Source of the DNA: Candidatus Babeliales bacterium
GTDB taxonomy: Bacteria; Babelota; Babeliae; Babelales; JANWKD01
Reading direction: 5' to 3'
Length of the DNA stretch: 64,000 nucleotides
Assembly (NCBI GenBank): GCA_963722075.1
Contig: CAVRJM010000001.1
Span: 224,001-288,000 of the forward strand
Shown here: positions 29,743 to 37,757 of the stretch, piece after piece
Layout: the number at the start of each line of letters is the position of its first letter
Position numbering within the stretch: the stretch's first letter is position 1
The notes under the pieces: generated by a model
Told to the model about the DNA's origin: nothing
Seen by the model: the letters and a program-made list of their open reading frames with translations, nothing else
Database searches by the model: none
Translations under genes and position numbers: made by a program

Positions 29743-30444
29743 ATGAAAGTTACGATTATGGAAATAACTATGCATGGCAATTCATTATGGATGCTCGTTA
29801 TGCAATCTGATTTAATTACCAAATGTATTCTTATTATATTACTACTTCTTTCCATTATTGGTTGGACCATTTTCTTATATAAAATTATTTTATTACGGGT
29901 AAAAAGAAAACAATTTGGTCTTCTTATTAACCGCTTAAATGGTATTGACCTTTTTGATGAGTTACGTGCGCTCTCGGTGACCTTTAATGATACATTGCCG
30001 GGTTATTTTTTGCGCAAAAATTTTGTAAGTCTCAAGCATGTCTTAGAAGGTGAAACGCAAAAAACATTGCTTAATGAACGTGAAGTTTCCTTATTGCAAA
30101 ATCAGATGGATCAACATATTGAAACAATTTTGCAAACAGAAGAATCATATTTGCCATTTTTATTCACCAGTGCTTCGGTGGCTCCGTTGCTCGGTCTTTT
30201 TGGCACCGTATGGGGATTAGTACATGCCTTTATACGAATCAGTGAAAAGCAATCAGCAGATATTGCTACTGTTGCACCGGGGATTGCTGAAGCGCTTATT
30301 ACTACGCTAGCGGGATTAGTGGTGGCTATTCCAGCACTAGCTATGTACCATTATTTAGTAAATCAAGTTCGTTTTGTTGAACGGGAACTGGTGATTGTGG
30401 CTGATAAATTTAATTTTATTGTACAGAAAATGTTTATTAAATGA
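29743..30444 (+). CDS. tolQ: TolQ/ExbB proton channel (start uncertain)
   Basis: APLLGLFGTVWG, VAPGIAEALITTLAGLVVAIPA. Confidence 0.92.
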   Translation: MKVTIMEITMHGNSLWMLVMQSDLITKCILIILLLLSIIGWTIFLYKIILLRVKRKQFGLLINRLNGIDLFDELRALSVTFNDTLPGYFLRKNFVSLKHVLEGETQKTLLNEREVSLLQNQMDQHIETILQTEESYLPFLFTSASVAPLLGLFGTVWGLVHAFIRISEKQSADIATVAPGIAEALITTLAGLVVAIPALAMYHYLVNQVRFVERELVIVADKFNFIVQKMFIK

Positions 30445-30451
30445 GGTAGGT

Positions 30452-30892
30452 ATGGTACGTCGCCGTAGAAATCAAAGATTAGGTGCACATTTAGAAATTA
30501 CCCTAACGCCGCTTATTGATACTGCTTTAACGTTACTTATTATTTTTATGGTTACCACACCGATGATTCAAAATTCCATAAAAATAGATCTTCCTAAAGG
30601 GCAAGCGCAAGAAGGTGGCAAAGAAGCCGAAGAAATAGTGGTGGTAATTGATAAAAAAGATACAATTTACTGTAATAATAAACCGGTAAGTTTGGCTTCA
30701 TTGGGTACTGAGATAAAAAATGCTATAAGCTCCAAAGCAATGAAAGAAGGAAATAGAGTTTGGGTGAAGGTTGATCGGCAAACATGCTCAGCTGATAGTC
30801 TCATCAGCGTCATAGATTGTATTAAAGTTGTCGGGGGTGTTAAGGATGTCGCTATTGCAACCGAAAAATCGGGTGGTGCAGCAACTGCCTAA
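30452..30892 (+). CDS. tolR: TolR/ExbD
   Basis: EITLTPLID...LLIIFMVTTP, IDLP; GAGG RBS. Confidence 0.92.
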   Translation: MVRRRRNQRLGAHLEITLTPLIDTALTLLIIFMVTTPMIQNSIKIDLPKGQAQEGGKEAEEIVVVIDKKDTIYCNNKPVSLASLGTEIKNAISSKAMKEGNRVWVKVDRQTCSADSLISVIDCIKVVGGVKDVAIATEKSGGAATA

Positions 30893-31639
30893 AAAAACTA
30901 TTTTCTTGGGTAAATTATTATTTTGGTGCATTGTACTCCATAGTATAATACTCATTCTTTTTTTATGCTGACGCACGTGAAAAAAGCAATTTTTTTAGAT
31001 ACACTTCATGAAAATGCTCCTGTCGTTTTTGTTCCATTACTTAAAACATCCGGATTATTAACGGAGCAAAAATCACCTATTTCTATTCCAGGAAAAAATG
31101 AGCCCCTTAAAAAAGCTATGCCGATAAAAAAAAATATTTCTTCATCAGCAAAGCTGATTAAACCCTTAGATAAAAAAGCTGTTGTTAAAAAAGAGCCGGT
31201 AGTAAAAAAAACAACGATGCCTATTGAGAAAAAAAAAGAAATTAAAACTCCCGAAATCAAAAAAAAAGAACCAGATATAAAAAAAGCAGCGGTAGCTGTT
31301 CCAGAAACAAAAAAAGCTAATACTATTCCAGTAACAGCAGAAAATAAGGTTCCTGATAAAAAACAAACGCTGCAATTAGTAGGACGTGATGATTTAGAAA
31401 TAATGGCATTAAGTAATCAAGTAAAAGAAACCATTTTATCACAATGGAAACGGCCGACTAATATTCCATTGGAATCGGTGTGCCAAGTACGGGTGATTAT
31501 TGATAAAAATGGCAGTAAAGAAATTATCATTGAAAAATCATCTCAGGCATTGATGCTTGATATCGCTGTACGCAATTTTTTAACGCACTATGAATTTCCT
31601 AACCAGGCATGGGATAAGGAATTTGTAATTAATTTTTAA
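30876..31639 (+). CDS. tolA: TolA/TonB-like protein, frameshifted at a T7 run (30958..30964)
   Basis: TM anchor with His (WCIVLHSII) in the frame starting GTG 30876 stops at 30971; Lys/Pro-rich linker and TonB/TolA C-domain (ILSQWKRP) lie in the -1 frame. Confidence 0.75.
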
Positions 31640-31650
31640 TGAGTTGAATT

Positions 31651-33048
31651 ATGAATATATCGGACTTTTTTTATTTTATTAATGGATTGCTTCGGCAAGC
31701 TCGCAATGACATTTCTTTATTTTTTTACAGCATGTTGTCATTCCGAGCGGAGCGTGGGAATCCATTAATATATATCTTCCTCATATTTACTTTCCTCGTA
31801 TGGGGAAATGTAAACGGTAATCAAAAATTAACTATCAATTTAACTAACCAGCAACAGCAAAAAATGAAGCTTCTATTTGGCCTCATTAAACCCACGCCAT
31901 TAGTAAAAGAAGTAACTCAACACATTAAGCAAGATATCTCTTGTCAGCAGCAAAAATTAATGGGCTTTGAAATTAACATACAAGAATTTGAATCTATTCC
32001 TTCAAAAAAAGTATGTAAGCAATTATCAAGCCAAGGATTTTTGATGGCGGTCTTCTTTCAAGCAGCAGGAGAGCATGCAGTTGAGTGGCGCTTATATGAT
32101 ATGGGAACACTTACTATGCAAAGAGGAAAAAAAATAACCGTACAAAATCAACCGGAAATACAAAAGAAAGCACATCACGTCGCCGATACGATATGGGCAT
32201 TATTAACAGGACAGCCAGGAATTTTTTCAACCAATATTAGTTACTGCATGGAGCGTAAAGTGAATGGGCATGTACTGAGTGATATTTATTATAAAACGCC
32301 CACCAGTATAGAACCGCATTGCTTAGTGAGAGGCGGTAAATTACTTGCTCCTCGCTGGAATAATAATAATCAAAATCCATTATTATTATATTCGGAAGTA
32401 ACGCCAACCAATATTCGCTTGATGGCAACCAATTTGGATGGAAAGCGGTATATGGTTTCTAATTTTGATGGGCTTACTATGCTGCCATCAGTATCGAATA
32501 ATGGGGAATATATTGCATATTGTGCCACCTATAAAGGAACGAGCCAAATATATTGCAGTATGCGTGATCCTAAAACCAATAGAAAAATCTCATATCGTAA
32601 AACGCATAATGCTGGTAATAACACATCACCGACGGTATGTAATAATGGCGATATTATTTTTTGTTCTGATTTTGAGATGAAAACGCCACAAATATATTAT
32701 TTGCATGGAGATACCGATGTTCTTGATCGTATTACTAACGGTGGTTATTGTGCATGCCCTCATTTTTGTCAAAAAAATAATAAAATAGTGTATTGCAAAT
32801 TAGTAGAAGGGTATATGCAGCTTTTTACTTATGACATGCATAATAAGCACCATACACAGATTACGTTTAGTAAAGAAAATAAAGATGAATGCTGCTGGTC
32901 GCCGTGTGGTAATTATGTTATTTGTTCAGTTGATAAACCAAAAGGAAGCCGCATTGCATTACTCAATATGACTACCCAAGAACAGCTTTTAATTACTCCT
33001 GAAGGAAGTTCTTGCTTGTATCCTTCTTGGTCAGGTGTAATAATATAA
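31651..33048 (+). CDS. tolB: TolB-like beta-propeller protein (start 31651 or 31732)
   Basis: AHHVADTIW...LTGQPGIFST motif, PD40-like repeats (WSPCG, PSWS), position after tolQRA. Confidence 0.88.
   Translation: MNISDFFYFINGLLRQARNDISLFFYSMLSFRAERGNPLIYIFLIFTFLVWGNVNGNQKLTINLTNQQQQKMKLLFGLIKPTPLVKEVTQHIKQDISCQQQKLMGFEINIQEFESIPSKKVCKQLSSQGFLMAVFFQAAGEHAVEWRLYDMGTLTMQRGKKITVQNQPEIQKKAHHVADTIWALLTGQPGIFSTNISYCMERKVNGHVLSDIYYKTPTSIEPHCLVRGGKLLAPRWNNNNQNPLLLYSEVTPTNIRLMATNLDGKRYMVSNFDGLTMLPSVSNNGEYIAYCATYKGTSQIYCSMRDPKTNRKISYRKTHNAGNNTSPTVCNNGDIIFCSDFEMKTPQIYYLHGDTDVLDRITNGGYCACPHFCQKNNKIVYCKLVEGYMQLFTYDMHNKHHTQITFSKENKDECCWSPCGNYVICSVDKPKGSRIALLNMTTQEQLLITPEGSSCLYPSWSGVII
31677..31770. repeat. 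Family A palindromic doublet inside the tolB 5' coding region
   Basis: Perfect 12-bp IR TATTAATGGATT / AATCCATTAATA with inner CGCAATGAC...GTCATTCCG. Confidence 0.88.
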
Positions 33049-33077
33049 ATAATGTTAATAACAATAAGGAGAAGACA

Positions 33078-33743
33078 GTGAAGTTATTATATATATTGAT
33101 AACAAATCTTTTTTTATGTTCTGTTCTAAATGCGAATAATCAAAATGAACTTTTTGACGCCTTATCTACTTTACAACAAAAAATGAGTGCTTTAGGTAAC
33201 ACCTTAATGAAAAAACCGGTTCAGCCTCAAAAAAAATTACCAAAAAAAACAAAAGGATCGCCAGAGCCTACTCAATATCAAAAAGAAATGTCTGAGTGGA
33301 CGAAACAAAGCAAAATAATAAATGATATCGCAGAAGAATTTAATAAAAAGCCGGATGAACTGGGCGCTATCTTAGTAAAAAATATAACCGAAGGTAAAGA
33401 AATTATGGTGGGTAATAAAGTAGTTGATTTAGATGAGTATTTAAGCTATCAAAAGAAATATTTTCAAAATATATTTCCAACGTTAGAAGAAGCATTAAAA
33501 GAATTAAATGCTATAACAATAAAGCCACCTAATTTATCGGTTTTTCCAAATATTGTAGCAATTACCGGTAATTCATCTTATTTGAAGTTATTATTTTCAC
33601 AATTGGGAAGTGCTTATAAAGATGTGCTCGATGAAGAAACACTTAATCTATTACACTCATTAGAGAAATTAGTTGGTGGTTTTAGTGAAAAATGGGAAAA
33701 AATGAAGGTGAAATTCGGTAACAAATTTGCCGCGAAAGTTTAA
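33078..33743 (+). CDS. Hypothetical secreted helical protein
   Basis: GTG start with AAGGAG RBS, signal peptide. Confidence 0.75.
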   Translation: MKLLYILITNLFLCSVLNANNQNELFDALSTLQQKMSALGNTLMKKPVQPQKKLPKKTKGSPEPTQYQKEMSEWTKQSKIINDIAEEFNKKPDELGAILVKNITEGKEIMVGNKVVDLDEYLSYQKKYFQNIFPTLEEALKELNAITIKPPNLSVFPNIVAITGNSSYLKLLFSQLGSAYKDVLDEETLNLLHSLEKLVGGFSEKWEKMKVKFGNKFAAKV

Positions 33744-33827
33744 TACTGATTTTACTGCAAACTACAAAAATATTCTTGCTTGCTATAGGGGGTTTTATTG
33801 TATAATAGTAATAAATTGGAGGTTCTC

Positions 33828-34331
33828 ATGAATAAACTATATATTTTAATAAGTTTATTATTACCCATTTCCGTGGCGAGCTTAGCAATGGAGGCTCCAG
33901 AAAAAGAAAAAGAAACAGAAAAAATAAGAACTAGTCGAACAGTAAGGCTTTCGGCAGAAGAAGCACAAAAATTATATTGGGATACCATTGCTGTCGGTGG
34001 AGTGACCGGAAAGCAATTGCCTTATGAAGAATATCGGGCAAATTTAATGGCAGTGATTCCATTAATGGGCTTTACGCAGAGTCGATTCAGTGATCCATTA
34101 GCAGATGCGGTTCATATGAGAGATACTGAATTTGTAAAATTTTTATTAGAGCATGGTGCTGACCCCGATTTTAGGGGAATGAACAGTTTAAGCGCTCATG
34201 ATTATTTAGATCCTGGTTGTGCAGGTAAAATCCGTCGTGCCAAAAATCCGTATCCAGGTTCAGTTGAAGAAATACAAGCATTGCTTAATAAATATTCGGC
34301 ACAAATAAAATGTACTAAATATCGTCAGTAG
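33828..34331 (+). CDS. Secreted single-ankyrin protein (paralog 1)
   Basis: Signal SLA|MEA; PLADAVHMRDTEFVKFLLEHGADP. Confidence 0.88.
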   Translation: MNKLYILISLLLPISVASLAMEAPEKEKETEKIRTSRTVRLSAEEAQKLYWDTIAVGGVTGKQLPYEEYRANLMAVIPLMGFTQSRFSDPLADAVHMRDTEFVKFLLEHGADPDFRGMNSLSAHDYLDPGCAGKIRRAKNPYPGSVEEIQALLNKYSAQIKCTKYRQ

Positions 34332-34520
34332 AATAATATTCATTAATAGTTATTTAAAGCACTGCATTCTTACTTAAACTGAATTGCTTTTTTTTATTTT
34401 TCTTCTCTTGGTCAGTGGCGTTATCATAGAAAATAATTGAAAAACAGCTACTATTGATAAATACGAAGCTGTTATTGTATACTTATTAACAAATGGGTCT
34501 AATTAGAAAAGGGAGGTTCT

Positions 34521-34994
34521 ATGAAAAAATTACTAATTATCTTATGTTCGTTATTTTTTATTTCTCTTAGTTTGGCAATGAAATGTCCGGTAGGGGAAGG
34601 AATTAGAGAGCTATTAGAACTCTCAAAACAAGAAGCCGAAACTATTTATTGGGATACGGTATTTACTCATTTACCGTATGAAGAATATCGTGCAAATTTA
34701 ATGAAAACTATCCCACTAATTGATTTTATTCGCCCACATTATAAAAGACGTGTATTAGGTTATGGCTATCCTTTATTAATAGCAGTATGGATGAGAGATA
34801 CTGAATTAGTAAGACTTTTATTAGAACATGGCGCAGATCCTCTTTTTAGAGATTTTAGCGACTTGAATGCATATGATCTTCTTGATTATAAAAGCGCTGG
34901 TGTTGATGCACCAGAAAATCCGTACCCAGGGACGTCTGAAGAAATAATAGCATTACTTGATTCTTATTCAAAAAGAAAAAAGAGCTCAATTTAA
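34521..34994 (+). CDS. Secreted single-ankyrin protein (paralog 2)
   Basis: Signal SLA|MK; PLLIAVWMRDTELVRLLLEHGADP; shared LPYEEYRANLM and NPYPG. Confidence 0.88.
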   Translation: MKKLLIILCSLFFISLSLAMKCPVGEGIRELLELSKQEAETIYWDTVFTHLPYEEYRANLMKTIPLIDFIRPHYKRRVLGYGYPLLIAVWMRDTELVRLLLEHGADPLFRDFSDLNAYDLLDYKSAGVDAPENPYPGTSEEIIALLDSYSKRKKSSI

Positions 34995-35031
34995 AATTTT
35001 ACAATTTAACGGATTATTCTGAAATGATTTT

Positions 35032-35228
35032 ATTAATGGATCCAGCCTTCGTCCTTCAGACTACGGCGGACACCGTGCCCATGCCTTGTCCGGCATAGCT
35101 TTAGCGACGACGGAGAGCTCGCCGTGACATCATGGCTCCGATTGTCATCCCGAGTTTACGTGGGGACTGCGTCCGCCGTAGCTTGCCAAGCCGGTAGGCG
35201 TGGACAAGCGTAGGCAGGATCCATTAAT
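35032..35228. repeat. Composite palindromic element (family A shell with nested family B hairpins)
   Basis: Perfect IR ATTAATGGATCC / GGATCCATTAAT; inner GTGAC...GTCAT plus GC-rich hairpins such as GTCCGCCGTAGC and CTACGGCGGAC. Confidence 0.85.
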
Positions 35229-35385
35229 TAATAACTTCTTTATTAGTTCAATGTAATAGATAAGTCTTAGCTAAAATCGCGCTTTTATTTACAGGCTTTT
35301 TGGTGTGTTTGCCCTGTTGAAAAAAGGCGAACTTTTTGAAGGATAGGAATATATTTTTGTATACTAGAAGATAAAGGGGGATCAC

Positions 35386-35892
35386 ATGAAAAAATCATTT
35401 ATTTTAATTTGTTTATTATCTATTGCTTCTGTTTGTTTTGCAATGGAAGCTCCAGAAAAGGAAAAAGAAACAGAAAAAATAAGAACTAAGCCAACAGTAA
35501 GGCTTTCCAGTAAAGAGGCAGAAAGATTATATTGGGCTACTGTAGCTCCTAGTGGAAGGCCCGGACAATCATTGCCTTATGAAAAATATAGAGCAAATTT
35601 AATGGCTGCGATTCCATTTATAGAATATACGCAGAGTTCATTGAGGGATCCATTAGCAGAAGCGGTATGGATGCGAGATACCGAATTTGTGAAGTTTTTA
35701 TTAGAGCATGGTGCAGATCCTAATTTTAGGACAATGACTACTTTAAGCGCGTATGATTATTTAAATTATGGAAACGCGTGTGGGGCTGCTATTCCCGCTC
35801 CTCAAAATCCGTATCCAGGTTCGGTTGAAGAGATACAATCATTGCTTAATAAATATTCAGCACAAATAGAACGTACTAAATTTTCTCAATAG
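35386..35892 (+). CDS. Secreted single-ankyrin protein (paralog 3)
   Basis: Signal CFA|MEA; close DNA similarity to 33828..34331. Confidence 0.88.
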   Translation: MKKSFILICLLSIASVCFAMEAPEKEKETEKIRTKPTVRLSSKEAERLYWATVAPSGRPGQSLPYEKYRANLMAAIPFIEYTQSSLRDPLAEAVWMRDTEFVKFLLEHGADPNFRTMTTLSAYDYLNYGNACGAAIPAPQNPYPGSVEEIQSLLNKYSAQIERTKFSQ

Positions 35893-36098
35893 ATAATACA
35901 TTCATTCGCTATCCAAAAAAGAATAAAGAAAATAGCTGATTTTTCCCATAATCCCCCAGTATAACCCAGGGTATTATTAACAACTTGAAATTAATTTATT
36001 TTCTGATATCCTATAGATATAGGTTTAAACCTATTTATCCAATAATTTAAAGGTAAAAAGCCTTAAAAGAAGAATTTAAGGAATCTATGGAGGTATCA

Positions 36099-37454
36099 GT
36101 GAAACTGTTATATATAAGTTTATTATCATTAGCATTCTTACCATGTGCTGCAATGAACCAATCTTCTTCTCATGATGGTATTTTCTATTTAGTTGAAGCA
36201 TCGGATGGCCAATTGGTAGAACTACCTGAATCAGTAATAAGAAGATTAAAAGTACTCAATGATTGTTTTAAAGATACTGCCGAAGATTATCTACACAATG
36301 CGTATGCTGGTATTAAAGAAAAAGTTACGGGTAAAGCTGATAAAAATATTTTGTTTTTTAGTTTAAAAGATCGAAGCATTCCCCAAGATATTCCCTTAGA
36401 TAAAGATTGGGACATACCCGTAGATAGCACATTATTGCAAGATTTGAGCGATTGTTTAAGAGGCGTTAAAAAGGTTAAACAATTGGATCCAAAAAAACTT
36501 AATGAGCTTTTTGAAGCAGCTGATTGTTTGGGAGCGCCACGAGCATTCTTAAGAAAATTAACCTTATATGCGCGTAAGTGCTTACCAAAAGATGAGCAGC
36601 ATCGATTAATTTGCTGTGGCCATTATTTAAATTCGCTTAATACCTTTATTGATAATGGGTATTTTACCAAAGACAATGAACAAAATTACCTATCAATACA
36701 AAAAGATCAGAATAATAATGATATTATTACATTACAATTATCGGGTTTAGAGCTTGATAATTTACAGGGTATTGATAAAGTTGCCCGCATTGTTGGCACT
36801 GGAGTTCATAAAATTTGTTTAGAAACAAATAAATTAGTAAAAATTAATTTAAGCAAATTTTGGGAATTATTTCCTCATTTGAATGAAATTAGTTTGGCGC
36901 ATAATAAAATTACAAAAGCCTGTTTATCCATTCCCAATCAATCTTATTCAATGCCAGTTGGTGCGATAATAAATTTATCCGATAATCGACTAAAAAAAAT
37001 TAAGGGAAAATTATCTGAAGCAGCAATTTTAGATATTCAAAAGAATACGATAAGTCCCGAGCTTAAAAATTGTTTAGAATTAATTCAAGAGCCCACATTT
37101 TATCAAAATAATCATTATTTTATTAAAGCATTAAAGAGTAATTATTTTTTAAGTAATATGAAAAAAGGTACAGAAATAGGCCTGATGGGCGTAGGTATGC
37201 TTCCGCTGAGTGTTTCTTTGATCTTATATTATAAAAAAGTTCAAAAATTACCGTCAGAAACTATGAATTTAGAATATGCACAAATTTTTTTGAAACAATT
37301 AAAAGATGTCGTTACAGACCCATTGACATATAAAACAGCTCTTAATTATTTTAGTGGGATGTGTTTATGGAATGTAAGTGTTAATCTTATTTGTGATAGG
37401 GACTTTTATAAGCAGCATTATGGTTTTATTTTACCACAAATCATTACTGATTAA
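36099..37454 (+). CDS. Secreted Skp1/BTB-like plus leucine-rich-repeat protein
   Basis: GTG with GGAGG RBS; LVEASDGQLVELP and LNELFEAADCLGA (Skp1/BTB-like); LRRs ICLETNKL, ISLAHNKI, INLSDNRL, LDIQKNTI; C-terminal hydrophobic segment. Confidence 0.78.
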   Translation: MKLLYISLLSLAFLPCAAMNQSSSHDGIFYLVEASDGQLVELPESVIRRLKVLNDCFKDTAEDYLHNAYAGIKEKVTGKADKNILFFSLKDRSIPQDIPLDKDWDIPVDSTLLQDLSDCLRGVKKVKQLDPKKLNELFEAADCLGAPRAFLRKLTLYARKCLPKDEQHRLICCGHYLNSLNTFIDNGYFTKDNEQNYLSIQKDQNNNDIITLQLSGLELDNLQGIDKVARIVGTGVHKICLETNKLVKINLSKFWELFPHLNEISLAHNKITKACLSIPNQSYSMPVGAIINLSDNRLKKIKGKLSEAAILDIQKNTISPELKNCLELIQEPTFYQNNHYFIKALKSNYFLSNMKKGTEIGLMGVGMLPLSVSLILYYKKVQKLPSETMNLEYAQIFLKQLKDVVTDPLTYKTALNYFSGMCLWNVSVNLICDRDFYKQHYGFILPQIITD

Positions 37455-37757
37455 TTAAAGAGCTACAACATCACTGTATGTTAATTTGCTGCATATAAAT
37501 TCAATTTATATTTAAAATATTATAAATAAATTCCATAACCCAATCAAACGCCACGCGTTTTTTTGAACTTTTATACTTCATAAAACATCGACAGTACGCA
37601 CTTCTTTGAGTATAATTATGAATAACTTCTCATTTTTATTATTTTATAGTACAATTAGAATATATACTGCTGGTGAACTCTTTAAATTTTTAAATTGTTA
37701 AATACTGCTTGCAATTATTTAGAAAATAGATCTGTTGAAACTAAATAGGTATCAATT

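Noticed and set aside
37455..37757. AT-rich intergenic region as a replication origin
   Set aside because: No DnaA-box cluster seen; adequately explained as the ftsH promoter region
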